Source of the DNA: a virus
Lineage: Duplodnaviria > Caudoviricetes
Virus record (IMG/VR): IMGVR_UViG_3300023218_000062
Length of the DNA: 64,000 nucleotides
Strand: one strand, 5' to 3'
The notes beneath the pieces were generated by a model. That model saw only the letters and a program-made list of their open reading frames with translations. It did no database searches and had not been told where the DNA came from. Positions 8,892 through 20,197 of this stretch are shown in pieces. Made by a program: the position numbers and the translations under genes. Numbering within the stretch: the stretch's first letter is position 1; every line of letters begins with the position of its first letter.

Positions 8892-9587
8892 ATGATGGAT
8901 ATTCTAGAGTTTTTAAAAGAGTATGGTGTAGGGGGTATAATAGGTCTAGCTATTGGTGGGGGGCTTTATGTTTTATGGCAATCATATGTGAAATATATTT
9001 TCAAAAAATTGTATGATAGATACGACACTAAGCATGATATTAAAAAAGAAAAGAATTATCTCGACAACAGAAAAAAGGCACTCCAATCTCAAGAATTTTT
9101 CCCCAATATTAAGTTTAAAATGAATGTAGATATCCCATCAGAAGATTTTTCCATCGATGAAGGCCGAAGATGTTTATACAAAAACATTATGTTGGCATTA
9201 TTTGAATCATATTATAATAATATGATTGAATTTTCTAGGGGGTTAGACACTTCATGGGATAACAATGAATGGGCAAATTCCCTGAATAGTGTAAATTATA
9301 AAATAATCGAAGATTTCAAGGCTAATTGTGCTCAGAGAGAAATACCTAAAGATATAGTAAAATATTTTATTATTTGGTTCACCCCAATTATGAAACAGAT
9401 ATATTTTTATGTTAAAAAAATAGCTGCAATGAATAATAAAAATTCAATAGAGAATACTAATACTTATTTATTATTGTTAGAGCTCATATTAATGAATACT
9501 TTATCAGATATAAAGAATTTTGATATGGCCGACAACCATTTAGAGGGTTTGGAATATAAGGGGAAAATAATAGATAAGTTTGAATAA
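8892..9587 (+). CDS. Single-pass membrane protein, possible holin
   Basis: N-terminal TM GVGGIIGLAIGGGLYVLW, Met-Met start, large soluble C-terminal domain (T4 T-like topology); no direct motif match. Confidence 0.35.
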   Translation: MMDILEFLKEYGVGGIIGLAIGGGLYVLWQSYVKYIFKKLYDRYDTKHDIKKEKNYLDNRKKALQSQEFFPNIKFKMNVDIPSEDFSIDEGRRCLYKNIMLALFESYYNNMIEFSRGLDTSWDNNEWANSLNSVNYKIIEDFKANCAQREIPKDIVKYFIIWFTPIMKQIYFYVKKIAAMNNKNSIENTNTYLLLLELILMNTLSDIKNFDMADNHLEGLEYKGKIIDKFE

Positions 9588-9616
9588 ATACTAGACATGA
9601 AATAGTTAATTAGAAT

Positions 9617-12565
9617 ATGTCTATATATGATTCATTTGCAGATAAACCTAATAGAATTAGGGAAGAAGGGCAAGAAATAACATTAAGATTTTCTCGCATA
9701 GATGATAATACAGGAAAAATTACGTGGAATATACCACCCAATTTTAAAGGATGCAAAGGAGATGGTGTTTACGACGGTATTGTAATTACAGTAAGCCGAA
9801 AACCGGCCGACTATATTGAATCTTCTCCTAAAGATGGAACTTACTACATAGGAGACAATAGCGTAGACCCTGACTTACATGCCGGTAGCAAGATTATCAA
9901 TAGCGAAGAAGTAAAAGTTTTAGTAGTTGGGGCATTTTATAATGATAGAACAACTACAGAACTTGAGGTTATGAATCTTGAGCCTAGGACGGCATATTAC
10001 TTTTCGGGATATGCAGTAGATAATGTTGCTAGATATCATAGAGAGGGAGTTCATTCGTATTCCCTACCTACAGGAATTGAAGAAAGCAATGAAGAGATGC
10101 TTACACCTGCGGAGCATGTCATTGATTTAGATGATGATATAAAATTATCATCAGCAACAGGGGTGGAAGAAGGGAAGGAGTATAATATCATTGCAGACAT
10201 CAATGAAGAGGAAGATGTAGAAATAAAAATAAATGGCAATGAAGCAAAAACATATGCTTCTATGATAGAAAGTATTAACAAAAGATATATGGAACTTGAC
10301 GATCCGTATTATTCACCCACCTTTCCGTTTAAAGGAGTTGTTTTTGAAATAGATAATCAGTTTTATTTATGGGATGGTGAAAAGAGAATTGAAATATTTC
10401 CATTAGAAAGCGCCACATTGCCTAACATAGCACATGAGGGTGATCTATGGTATGATACCTCATCAGAGGTCCTTAATGAGTATGATTCTGGACAGTGGGT
10501 GCCCCAAACTGTTATAAAATATGGCTTTGATATAACGAACCCATCTGACGGCACTATATGGTTTGACGGCACAGTAGCTAGAGAATGGAAAGGTGATTTG
10601 TGGTGTGACTTGAATACTATAATAAGTACTAGAAATCCCCTCCTTCCGCCAAAATTACGGAAAAACGTTTATTGGTTCAACACTGGTACTGGAGAATTTT
10701 TTGAGAGGAACACTGAATTAAAGAGATGGGAAGATGCTTTAGTTATTCACTATTCTAAAGATCCTGAAGATATAGATATAGGTGATTTTTGGTTTGATGA
10801 GACTAATGAAAAGGTGTTTCAATTGGTTAGTGGGTTTTTATGGGAAGAAGTTGAGAATATAGTATTTGAGGAAACCAATTCTACACCATCTTTCAATGAG
10901 GTAAATGGTGAAGAGTTTGAATATAGATATGTGATAGATGAACAGACGTTATATGAATGGAAAGCTACTGATCTTGAGTGGGTTCAAGTCCCTATCGCAA
11001 TATTCCCTACTGATCCTAGAGATAGAGAGTCATGCGGCTTATGGTGGGACTCCTCACCAAGTGTGGATACCGTATTCTTATGGGATGCCATAAATAATAT
11101 ATGGACCCCTTCTGATGATTTTTTCCAACAGTCGAGAGACCCAGCACTCCCAGCGCTGCTGGAAGAAGGTAGCGTTTGGTATAACCCTGACAATGAAGAA
11201 CTTCTAAAGATACTTAGTGAGAATTGTGAAAAAGTAGAATTTATAAATGAATCTTTTAATCCTGTTGGCGGTACTCCTATTAGTATTTTTTGGAAAGATG
11301 ACGAAACATTCAAAGAATGGAATGGGACAACTTGGGTAGAATTGGACCCACAACCCCTACAGTGGGATACAGATCCTACAATTATAGATGTGGGGACATA
11401 TTGGTTAGATTCTATACAGAACGTGCTGTTTGTATGGAGTGGCACTGATTGGGTAGAAGTAGAAGTTTCTGATACCGACCCCAAACCGGAGGAAGAATTT
11501 TTATGGTATAATACTGTAGAAAACCAATTATATGAATGGACACAAAAGGAACAGTGGGAGAAAACTACAGGTAAAGTATTTGTTGAATTTGTGCCTAAGA
11601 AAACTGTAGAAGGCAGGGCGCTGCTAGAATTTAAGACTCGCAAGAAGGGTTGTGATGCTATGTTAACCCTTAAGGCTCGTAAGGATAATATTCTATCAGC
11701 GTTGAAAACCAATATCCGCTATAGACATCCTAAAGAAGGGAGGGATCTAGAAGAAGGTAATCCAATGTACAAACGTCTTGGTGTTGGTGATGATGGGAGC
11801 CCAGACGAAAGAAGAGAACTTCATGACACCATAAGACAAATTTTAGGTGAACCTAGTACTAAAGTTGAACTATCAAAGTCTAATATTGATGTGTGCATAG
11901 ATAATGCCCTCACACAACTTAGAAAATATGGCGGGATATCATATAAAAGAGGATTTTTTTTCTTGGATCTTAAACCCAACCAACAACATTATGTATTAAA
12001 TGACCGCTGTACCGGGTTCAATGAAATTGTAGAAGTTAAAGGAGTATTCAGATTACGTAGTGGCTTTTTTCAAGGAGCATATTCAGGACATGATATTTAT
12101 GGATATGCAGCATTGAAACAGTTATATACATTAGGTTCATTTGATTTATTGACCTTCCATAATGTTTCACATTTCATTGAAGAGCTAGAAACTCTTTTTG
12201 CGACCAGAATAACGTATCAATGGGTGGAACGAAAGAGAGAACTTAGGTTACTTAATGCCATTTATCATCCAGAAAGAGTACTGGTGGATGCCAGTATTGA
12301 AAGAAGCGAACAAGATTTGATTGTAGATCGCGGAACCAAATTATGGCTACAACGCTGGGCAGTTGCTGAAGCCAAAATGATGTTATCTCAGAGCAGAGGT
12401 AAGTTTCAAACTTTGCCGGGCCCTAATGGAGGTACTGTTCTTAATGCACAAGAATTGATCACCCAATCTGAAGCTGAAAAGGCTGTATTGATGGAAGAAT
12501 TAGAAGATATGGCAATGCAGGGAGTAGAAGAAGTAGGACTGAGTGCGTATTTTGTACTGGGATAA
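9617..12565 (+). CDS. gp13: Neck protein (T4 gp13-like) with long N-terminal extension
   Basis: C-terminal LG.P.+.VEL...ID.CID.AL and WLQRWAVAEAKMMLSQSRGKF..LPGPNG.+.LNA motifs; N-terminal region has many GxxWxD/W.. repeats. Confidence 0.75.
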   Translation: MSIYDSFADKPNRIREEGQEITLRFSRIDDNTGKITWNIPPNFKGCKGDGVYDGIVITVSRKPADYIESSPKDGTYYIGDNSVDPDLHAGSKIINSEEVKVLVVGAFYNDRTTTELEVMNLEPRTAYYFSGYAVDNVARYHREGVHSYSLPTGIEESNEEMLTPAEHVIDLDDDIKLSSATGVEEGKEYNIIADINEEEDVEIKINGNEAKTYASMIESINKRYMELDDPYYSPTFPFKGVVFEIDNQFYLWDGEKRIEIFPLESATLPNIAHEGDLWYDTSSEVLNEYDSGQWVPQTVIKYGFDITNPSDGTIWFDGTVAREWKGDLWCDLNTIISTRNPLLPPKLRKNVYWFNTGTGEFFERNTELKRWEDALVIHYSKDPEDIDIGDFWFDETNEKVFQLVSGFLWEEVENIVFEETNSTPSFNEVNGEEFEYRYVIDEQTLYEWKATDLEWVQVPIAIFPTDPRDRESCGLWWDSSPSVDTVFLWDAINNIWTPSDDFFQQSRDPALPALLEEGSVWYNPDNEELLKILSENCEKVEFINESFNPVGGTPISIFWKDDETFKEWNGTTWVELDPQPLQWDTDPTIIDVGTYWLDSIQNVLFVWSGTDWVEVEVSDTDPKPEEEFLWYNTVENQLYEWTQKEQWEKTTGKVFVEFVPKKTVEGRALLEFKTRKKGCDAMLTLKARKDNILSALKTNIRYRHPKEGRDLEEGNPMYKRLGVGDDGSPDERRELHDTIRQILGEPSTKVELSKSNIDVCIDNALTQLRKYGGISYKRGFFFLDLKPNQQHYVLNDRCTGFNEIVEVKGVFRLRSGFFQGAYSGHDIYGYAALKQLYTLGSFDLLTFHNVSHFIEELETLFATRITYQWVERKRELRLLNAIYHPERVLVDASIERSEQDLIVDRGTKLWLQRWAVAEAKMMLSQSRGKFQTLPGPNGGTVLNAQELITQSEAEKAVLMEELEDMAMQGVEEVGLSAYFVLG

Positions 12566-12568
12566 TAT

Positions 12569-14284
12569 ATGACTGATGATAATAAAGTAGACTGCTATCC
12601 AGAAGAGGAAGATACTGTTAAGGATTGTCCCGAGGGTGGTGTTATAGGTCCAAATGACCCCACCTTCGACAATCCTACTACAAATGATCCCTGTGCAGAC
12701 AACCCACAGAATCTACCATGCGCTACTGAAGAGCCGTGCTATCCATGGCAGTTTACAAATTTTTCGGAAGAAGTTTGTTCTATAGAAGGTTATATAGAAG
12801 CATCTATTAATATAGGTGGTGCGGTAGTAAATGTACATAAATTGTTGGGGGTTCATGAACAGAATAAACTAGTAGACGCTACTGGAGTGGGTAAGGCTAT
12901 ATCGAACGGCGACCATCCTAATTTTCCAGCAAAAAATGCGTTTGACAAATATGACACAGAATGGAGATCTGAACAGCTAGGTAAAGATGTTGTCCGTAAA
13001 TCTTATATAGGGTACGACTTTGGCCCCATAAGGTTAGACAATGGGCGAGTTAGATATTCGATAGAGACCTTCGTAAAAAAGAATGTTGCTACAATACGAT
13101 TACAACAAGGTTGTGATTCTAAAAATAGAGTTACCAAGGTTCGTTTGGAACGTTCATACGACGGTGAAAAATGGTATGGTGTGTCAGCAATTAAAATACC
13201 AGATTGTGAAGGTCTAGTAACTATACATTTTAAATCGACGGCACCCGCCAGATATTGGAGAGTTCGTCCGTTAGAATTTAACGGTGGAAAAACAGACTAT
13301 TGGGCAGTCAAGGCATTACAATTATCTGAACATGAAAAAACAGACATGAGAAATATACAAGACAAAGTATTTTTGGAAAATAGAGATCGAAAATATTCAA
13401 AAGAATCTGTGAGGATTAAAGGTTCATATGCACCAGTAGAATATTCTGCATTTCTTTCTAAAATAGGTATGAACAGCCCGTATAATGCTGAACAATTTGT
13501 TTTTGAATTTTCGTTCAGGCAGATAGTTAGAGAAATTGGACGACCGTTAGTTATTGGTGATATAATACAGATACCAAGTGAGACGTATTTCAATACCTCA
13601 TTGGACTCAAAGCTTAAATATCTTGAAATAACAAACGTAGCGTGGGCCACAACAGGTTTTAGCCCCCAATGGGTCCCTACCATGCTTAGAGTTATTGCAG
13701 AGCCAGCAATGGCCTCTAGAGAGACGCAAGATATATTTGGGAAGCTTACCGAAGACTTTGATGAAGTTGGAACATCAGATATTAATGATGGAAATAGAAG
13801 AAAGAAAAATTATCAAGACATACATGATGTTTCTGATGCCGTGGCGTCCGAAGCTAATACACAAGTCCCCCACCGAGGACAGGATTATGCTAATAAACAG
13901 AAACTAAGTAATGAGTTGCGGCAGTGGATAGAAGAAGATTTAAATGGAAAGAAAAACCCCGACAGGCTTGAACGCAACAGACCGGTTTGGGCAATCGATG
14001 GATTACCCCCTAATGGAGAAGATTTCACGGAAGGTGAAAAATTTCCTGATAATCCAAAAGATAGGGACTATCACAGGCTAACATATGATAGTATAGATAA
14101 AAACCTATCCCCTGCTTTATATAGATTTTCTAAAGCAAAAAATAAATGGATTTATATGGAAACGGATCTGCGGCATGAATGGAAAGAAACTAAAGCTACT
14201 CTGACGAGCTTTCTTAATCCTGCTGGCGAGAACAAGGACTTCCGTAGTGATGTGGATGAAATTGAGGATAATTTGGATGACTAA
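12569..14284 (+). CDS. gp14: Neck/head-completion protein (T4 gp14-like) with inserted discoidin (F5/8 type C)-like domain
   Basis: Follows gp13; D.+FLENRDRKY, GRPL.IGDIIQ.P motifs; insertion AKNAFD..TEW.S..YIGYDFG..S.DG.KW..ARYWR. Confidence 0.7.
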   Translation: MTDDNKVDCYPEEEDTVKDCPEGGVIGPNDPTFDNPTTNDPCADNPQNLPCATEEPCYPWQFTNFSEEVCSIEGYIEASINIGGAVVNVHKLLGVHEQNKLVDATGVGKAISNGDHPNFPAKNAFDKYDTEWRSEQLGKDVVRKSYIGYDFGPIRLDNGRVRYSIETFVKKNVATIRLQQGCDSKNRVTKVRLERSYDGEKWYGVSAIKIPDCEGLVTIHFKSTAPARYWRVRPLEFNGGKTDYWAVKALQLSEHEKTDMRNIQDKVFLENRDRKYSKESVRIKGSYAPVEYSAFLSKIGMNSPYNAEQFVFEFSFRQIVREIGRPLVIGDIIQIPSETYFNTSLDSKLKYLEITNVAWATTGFSPQWVPTMLRVIAEPAMASRETQDIFGKLTEDFDEVGTSDINDGNRRKKNYQDIHDVSDAVASEANTQVPHRGQDYANKQKLSNELRQWIEEDLNGKKNPDRLERNRPVWAIDGLPPNGEDFTEGEKFPDNPKDRDYHRLTYDSIDKNLSPALYRFSKAKNKWIYMETDLRHEWKETKATLTSFLNPAGENKDFRSDVDEIEDNLDD

Positions 14285-14297
14285 ATAGTTGCCCCTC

Positions 14298-14326
14298 TTG
14301 CTATATACTAAACAACCCTTTATAAT
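14298..14326 (+). promoter_or_regulatory. sigma70-like promoter for helicase
   Basis: TTGCTA-N17-TATAAT. Confidence 0.65.
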
Positions 14327-14358
14327 CTCCGAAATATTGGAATTAATAATAGGATTTA

Positions 14359-15861
14359 ATGAATAATAAAAAACAAAAACACATAATCAATAATATGCTA
14401 AATTCACCGGACCTTTTGGGGCGATGTATTGATATTATACAACCGTCATATTTCGATCCAGAATATATCCCACACATAAAATTTTTGGTGGATTATCATA
14501 TTAAATATAATACTAATCCATCTCTTGAGCTAATGAATTCTGAAATAGATTCAGATATTATATATGAAGCCTATCCAATTCCGACTGATGAATTAGAATA
14601 TACTTCTGAGGAAGTAGAGGCATTTTGTAAACAATCTGCCATGCGCGATGCTATAACAGACAGTTTTTCATTAATTCAAGATAATGAATTCGGCGAAGTG
14701 TATAAAAAAGTATCTGATGCGTTAAATGTTAGTTTGAAAAAAGATTTGGGATTGGATGTATATGAAAATCCGGAAGAAAGACTACAAAAAATGTTAGAAG
14801 ATTTGGATTATATTCCTTCTGGAATCAATACTTTAGACGAATTGATGGGGGGTGGGGCATTAAGGAAACAATTTCAAATTGTATCAGCAAACTCTGGTGG
14901 CGGCAAGTCAGTATTTTTGTCCAATATAGCGAATAATTATTCTTTACAGGGGCTAGATGTTGTGTACATTTCACTAGAATTGCCGCCTGAAATGATATTT
15001 TTGCGTCAGGCATATATCATGACTTCTTTCTCTCATCGTATATGGAAAAGTAAAATACCTGAAATTGCGGCTAAAATGTCTGAGTTTAAGAAATTTGGAG
15101 TGGGAAATTTTAGGATTGTAAGACTTCCAATTGGAAGTAATGCTAATTCCATTCGAGCGTATCTTAAACAATATGAGATAGAATTTGGTAAGAGCCCAGA
15201 TGCGTTGATAGTAGATTATTTAGATTTGATGTCTCCGATTTCAGGAACTAAAAATAAAGGCGTGTCCGAGCAAGATAAAGAAATATCTGAAGAAATATAT
15301 GAATTACTTCATACATATGATATGATAGGTTGGTCCGCTTCTCAGCAGAATAGAGAAGCGTTAAAAATGAATTCTCCCGACCAATCAGTCGTTGCTGGGG
15401 GGCTTTCCAAGGTCAATATATGTGATAATTGGATATCTGTTTTCATGAGTGGAGACATGAGACTTGCCGGGGAATTGATGATTTATATGCTGAAAACTCG
15501 CTACGCGGATGGACAACATAAAAGTTCTATGCTGGCGTTTGATGATGGAAGTTTAAAGATATCAGATCATGAATCTCCTGACAAATCAGAAGATTTAATA
15601 AGAAAAATCGAAAAGAGAAAACAAAATAACAAAAAATCAAAAGAAAAAAATGTGTTAGACGCTGCGGTTGACTCTGGTGACATAGATCTACCCGAGGTGC
15701 AGAATGAAGCGAAAACTAGGACTATAAATAGCAGATTAGATTCATTACGAAATGAATTGGTGGATTTTTCAGATGAAGATGAAAATCCTCCAATACACAA
15801 AAACCAAGATTTACTAGATTTAATAAATTTTACAGATCATTTACAAGTAAAGGAGAATTAA
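14359..15861 (+). CDS. gp41: Replicative DnaB-family helicase (T4 gp41-like)
   Basis: Walker A ANSGGGKS, VVYISLEL, Walker B LIVDYLDLM, SASQQNR, KTRY. Confidence 0.9.
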   Translation: MNNKKQKHIINNMLNSPDLLGRCIDIIQPSYFDPEYIPHIKFLVDYHIKYNTNPSLELMNSEIDSDIIYEAYPIPTDELEYTSEEVEAFCKQSAMRDAITDSFSLIQDNEFGEVYKKVSDALNVSLKKDLGLDVYENPEERLQKMLEDLDYIPSGINTLDELMGGGALRKQFQIVSANSGGGKSVFLSNIANNYSLQGLDVVYISLELPPEMIFLRQAYIMTSFSHRIWKSKIPEIAAKMSEFKKFGVGNFRIVRLPIGSNANSIRAYLKQYEIEFGKSPDALIVDYLDLMSPISGTKNKGVSEQDKEISEEIYELLHTYDMIGWSASQQNREALKMNSPDQSVVAGGLSKVNICDNWISVFMSGDMRLAGELMIYMLKTRYADGQHKSSMLAFDDGSLKISDHESPDKSEDLIRKIEKRKQNNKKSKEKNVLDAAVDSGDIDLPEVQNEAKTRTINSRLDSLRNELVDFSDEDENPPIHKNQDLLDLINFTDHLQVKEN

Positions 15862-15862
15862 C

Positions 15863-16162
15863 GTGGCATTTGATGTAGAAAAAACACATTATTTTACATT
15901 AGCAGACGGTAGCAATATCTTAGTCTCTAAACTCCCAGATGCGATAAAGGATCAGGTGAAGATATTTGATGAGATAAGAGAACATATAGTCGCAAAATCC
16001 TTTGAAGCTCAAGTATACCAATTAGCAGGTGAGCAGAAGAAGATACAACTCCAAAAAATGTTGGAAAACTATATAGAGGCACAAAAAACGGAGGAAGAAG
16101 ACACCGCTAACGCCAATACAGAAGAGAGTTCTAAATCTGAATCCACGAATTTTAAATTTTAA
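15863..16162 (+). CDS. Hypothetical protein
   Basis: 99-aa ORF, GTG start with aaggag RBS. Confidence 0.6.
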   Translation: MAFDVEKTHYFTLADGSNILVSKLPDAIKDQVKIFDEIREHIVAKSFEAQVYQLAGEQKKIQLQKMLENYIEAQKTEEEDTANANTEESSKSESTNFKF

Positions 16163-16204
16163 AAACCACGTCTGAAAAGAAAAAAGTTAAATAATTGTGA
16201 GGCA

Positions 16205-16735
16205 ATGTTAAATATCATGAATGATGATGAAGATTATAAAAAAGTTGAAACTGAAAAGAAAGCACATGCTTTAGAAAAATGGTTAAACTTGGAAGAAGGA
16301 TCAACAGAAGTTGATAAGGTAAGGTACGAGTTTCCCAGAAAGGAATCTGAGAGGTATGATCCCAAAGATCGGGAAATAGAGGAGCAAGCTCATAAAATAT
16401 TTGAAGAGGCCATGGCAGGCTATCATACATTAGAGTCGCTACTTGAAAAAATCGAACCCAAATACAGGGCTAGGATGGCAGAAGTAGCATTAGCTTATTT
16501 AAATACAGCACTTAGTGCCACTGATAGCAAGAGTAAACAAAAAGAATCATTAGAAAAGCTCAGATTGCAAGAGGAAAAAATAACCAGAAACAGCCAGAAA
16601 AAACCGGGTAGTACAATATTTGTTACAGCAGACAGAAATAAATTACTAAAAGAATTGAGGAATCAAGAAGATGAGGAAAACGGCGTCATTGATGTAAGTC
16701 CAGATGATATGAAGGAGGAAGAAAACGATGATTGA
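16205..16735 (+). CDS. Probable terminase small subunit (T4 gp16-like)
   Basis: RMAEVA..YL helix and C-terminal IFV...N.LLKEL resemble gp16-type TerS; TAAATA upstream; 3.5 kb before TerL. Confidence 0.55.
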   Translation: MLNIMNDDEDYKKVETEKKAHALEKWLNLEEGSTEVDKVRYEFPRKESERYDPKDREIEEQAHKIFEEAMAGYHTLESLLEKIEPKYRARMAEVALAYLNTALSATDSKSKQKESLEKLRLQEEKITRNSQKKPGSTIFVTADRNKLLKELRNQEDEENGVIDVSPDDMKEEENDD

Positions 16736-17543
16736 TGCTAATCATAGGAAAGATCAAATAATAAAATTGATTCGAGAATGTATTGTATCATTGCGACAAA
16801 ATGGAACAATTTTTATAAATGAGGAAAGGTACGAAGACATATTAAATTTCATTCCAACTATAAAATTATTATGCAACTTTTTGACAAAAGATTCAAATAA
16901 CTGTGAAATATATTGCGAAAGAATAAAAGACACAAATAATATTGTTGTTTACAAGGGAGACTTTGATCATCTTGGGGAATTATATAATATAATTTGCTCA
17001 GATACTGTAACATTTTCCGGAACAATAGGCGTCCAACAGGTTGAAAAGGATGGGGGAGTTTCAGCGCATATGGATTACCTTAGATTATTTCTTGAGCCAA
17101 GAGGATTGGATTTTATAGCTAAGAATTTGGATCTTCAAAATAAAGATGTAAAAGATGAATCAAATGTTATAAAATTATATATGAATTTATATGCGAGATT
17201 AAAAAGATATTTTGAAGATTTTCCTATGGCGATGTATTCCTTAATGACAGGAATTAAAAAGGTATATGAGCTTCCTAACCGTGGGATAATAATAACACCA
17301 GATAAATTTGAAATGGTAGATTTTAGAAATTTTAAGAATGTAAACCTTATTAATAAATCACAGGATTCCTTCACGTATAAATTATCTGATAATACACCAA
17401 ATTTGAAAATTTACCATGAAGGTATTAAACTAATGCATCTTAGAACCAAAATAGATTATAAAAGCAAAAAGTTCAGACTTCGTTTTATGATGGAAACGGG
17501 CAAGAATTTTTTTAAAGTATTTGAAAAATTATCGGAGAACTAA
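16728..17543 (+). CDS. Hypothetical protein
   Basis: 271-aa ORF overlapping previous stop. Confidence 0.6.
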   Translation: MIDANHRKDQIIKLIRECIVSLRQNGTIFINEERYEDILNFIPTIKLLCNFLTKDSNNCEIYCERIKDTNNIVVYKGDFDHLGELYNIICSDTVTFSGTIGVQQVEKDGGVSAHMDYLRLFLEPRGLDFIAKNLDLQNKDVKDESNVIKLYMNLYARLKRYFEDFPMAMYSLMTGIKKVYELPNRGIIITPDKFEMVDFRNFKNVNLINKSQDSFTYKLSDNTPNLKIYHEGIKLMHLRTKIDYKSKKFRLRFMMETGKNFFKVFEKLSEN

Positions 17544-17546
17544 AAA

Positions 17547-19253
17547 ATGGTATTTACAAGATTTGAAAATATGGAAGATTTTTTAGCTAAGTATAAAGCT
17601 GCGCATAAGTCAAAACTTAAAATTGAAGAATTGGCTTATATAATGAATGTAAAGCCTGATACTATAGCCAGAAGAAAAATAACAGTCAAACATCATATGG
17701 GAGTTGAACTTCCGCAATTAAAAAGGTATGGGGGAGATTTAAAGAAAGTAAATTCTGTTATACCGTCAGAAGAGAGTAATGAAAAATTTTGTAGAGAATT
17801 AGCCAAACTGGAAGAAGCAAACAAAAGGTTTGTAGTTGAAGAAAAGAGAGAAAAACGTAAAATTTATGTTATAACGTCAGCCCAAAATGCCACTCCGATA
17901 TTTACAAGCTTTCTAGATTGTATAAAGGTTTATCTCAGGGAACGGAACGCCGAACTTATGGTTATTCCTAATAGATATCGAAACCCGACATCAATATGGT
18001 CTGATATGAATAAAGACAATGAATGGTGGGATCACCGAATTCAAAAATATTTGGTCGAAAAAAGAGTTAAACTCAACAACAATATTGATATAATGGGGAA
18101 TATAAAAATACAACCCACTGCAGTTAACCCATTAAGTGGTTTTGAAACTTATACCGGAGAGTCTTCTGCCATATTTGGACATCCGTCAATTCAATTGAAG
18201 AGTGTTCCAACTCCAGCCAAATCCATGCCTAAAATATTATCTACTACAGGTTCAATAACACAACCTAACTATACAGATAGTAAAGCGGGACACAAAGGAG
18301 AATTTAACCACTGTTATGCAGGGACTATTGTGGAAATAGATGGTGACGCTTTTTATACTAGACATATTCATGCAAATGATGATGGTGAATTTTATGATTT
18401 AGATCGTTATTATACTGCGGATGGATCTCGTAAAACAGATTCGATTCCTGCACTTATAACGGGAGATATACATGCAGTATTTCATGATGAAAATGTAGAA
18501 AAGGCAACATATACCAACGACGATTCTATAGTTAACACACTAAAACCAGAAAATTGGGTTATTCATGATTTAGAGGATTTTTATTCTAGAAATCATCACC
18601 ATAGAGACAATGATATATTAGCATTTGGAAAGCATCATTTTAAAAAACGGGATAATGTTGAAGAAAGCCTACAAATTTCAGCAGATTTCGTTGATAAACA
18701 TTCCAGACCTTTTATGCAAAATATAATTGTTAGGTCTAATCATGATGAGGCTTTTGATCGGTGGTTAAAAGAGGCTGATCCTAAAAAAGATCCAGAAAAT
18801 GCACTTTTTTATCATTATATGAAATATTATCAATATAAAAATGTGGTAGAAACACCCACTAGCTATAAAACCATAGATGCATTTGAATTTTGGTGTAAAA
18901 ATCCAGAGTCGTGTAGAGGATTAGCAAATATAGAAAATACTACATTTCTTAGTAGAGATGAGAGAGATCCTAAAAGAGTTATAAAAGGAATAGAAATAGG
19001 TTACCATGGTGATAAGGGGCCTAATGGAACACGGGGGAATTTAAGTAATCTATCTAAAATGGGACCCAAAATTATTATAGGTCACAGTCATACCCCCGGA
19101 ATATTACATGGAACATATCAAGTGGGGGTCAGTGCCAGAATAGATTTGGAATATGCTTCTGGTCCTTCAAGCTGGCTTCATACACATTGCTTGATATACC
19201 CCGATGGTCATAGGACGCTAATACATATAGTAAAGGGAAAATGGAGATTATAA
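17547..19253 (+). CDS. Calcineurin-like metallophosphoesterase with N-terminal HTH-like segment
   Basis: GDIH, HDLED, SNHD, GYHGD, GHSH motifs. Confidence 0.8.
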   Translation: MVFTRFENMEDFLAKYKAAHKSKLKIEELAYIMNVKPDTIARRKITVKHHMGVELPQLKRYGGDLKKVNSVIPSEESNEKFCRELAKLEEANKRFVVEEKREKRKIYVITSAQNATPIFTSFLDCIKVYLRERNAELMVIPNRYRNPTSIWSDMNKDNEWWDHRIQKYLVEKRVKLNNNIDIMGNIKIQPTAVNPLSGFETYTGESSAIFGHPSIQLKSVPTPAKSMPKILSTTGSITQPNYTDSKAGHKGEFNHCYAGTIVEIDGDAFYTRHIHANDDGEFYDLDRYYTADGSRKTDSIPALITGDIHAVFHDENVEKATYTNDDSIVNTLKPENWVIHDLEDFYSRNHHHRDNDILAFGKHHFKKRDNVEESLQISADFVDKHSRPFMQNIIVRSNHDEAFDRWLKEADPKKDPENALFYHYMKYYQYKNVVETPTSYKTIDAFEFWCKNPESCRGLANIENTTFLSRDERDPKRVIKGIEIGYHGDKGPNGTRGNLSNLSKMGPKIIIGHSHTPGILHGTYQVGVSARIDLEYASGPSSWLHTHCLIYPDGHRTLIHIVKGKWRL

Positions 19254-19266
19254 AATGGAGATTATA
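19239..19266 (+). repeat. 14-nt tandem duplication at a gene boundary
   Basis: (aaatggagattata)x2, supplying ggag RBS for ATG 19269; a second 14-nt tandem (taa[a/g]gtcttctctt)x2 lies at 20195-20222. Confidence 0.8.
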
Positions 19267-19268
19267 AA

Positions 19269-20197
19269 ATGAATAAAGTAGGAAAAAATTTATATCATGT
19301 AAAAGTAGACTTCTCTGCTAGTTGGGAAAAAACGCCAATTACTAAAAAGGAAAAATATTTAGATAGTTTACGACGGAGTTTAAAACACAATTTTCCAGAG
19401 TACTCGTGGATAGTGACGGATGATAGGATAAGCATAGAAAGTATTTCTCCAACCGACGCACCAGAACTTTATGAAGTGGATGAATTATACAACCATCAAC
19501 AGCTTATGTTAGATAACATGAAATCTGATGGTAATACTATTATTGAAACGTCTAGACGATCTATACCCTGCTGAAATATATTAAATATATATTAGAACAT
19601 AACGAAGGCTATCTTATTCGGTACAACGGACCAAATTCATATTTTACTAGTGGTACATTTCAAAAACTAGAGAACCTGTTAAGGTCTGATACGACTATCT
19701 TTTCCCCGCCTGATTCGGAATATAAAATAATAAAAAATGAACTGAGTTATAGGGGTAACACCGTAAGAACACAATCTGGTAATGATAATGGTGACATTAG
19801 GGGAATGCGATATAATGGAGTAATAGACATTTATGATAATGTACGTATAGATAATAAATTTTTTACTAAGTTAAGCGACAAACCAATTGTAGAATCTTCA
19901 TGTGATGGAAATCATAAAATTATATGTATGCGTACTGGAACCCCTGATAGTTTATATAGAAAAGCACTATTAACTGGAGAATTAGGTAATATAAAATTCA
20001 AGAACAAATTGAAATTAGATTATACTGAGTTAGATTTATTAAATGATAGAGAAAGTGACATACTAAAACTTTCAGATAATAGAAAATATGAACACCTTAA
20101 ATCTACATTGGGAGAAGAAAATTTTGAGCAAGAATATGGTTTAAAATTGGAGTTTTCTAATATCTCGCCATATTATTATGCTAAAACAAAATTTTAA
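19269..20197 (+). pseudogene. Hypothetical gene apparently broken by frameshift(s) near 19545-19575
   Basis: ORF 19269-19574 overlaps a second frame open from 19556 without ATG and continuous with ORF 19805-20197. Confidence 0.45.

Noticed and set aside
10984-11712. 242-aa minus-strand ORF and other minus-strand ORFs opposite long + genes (e.g. 37840, 39623, 13297, 32793)
   Set aside because: Antisense shadows of + strand genes (low stop frequency, GV repeats mirroring PT tracts); no RBS or motifs
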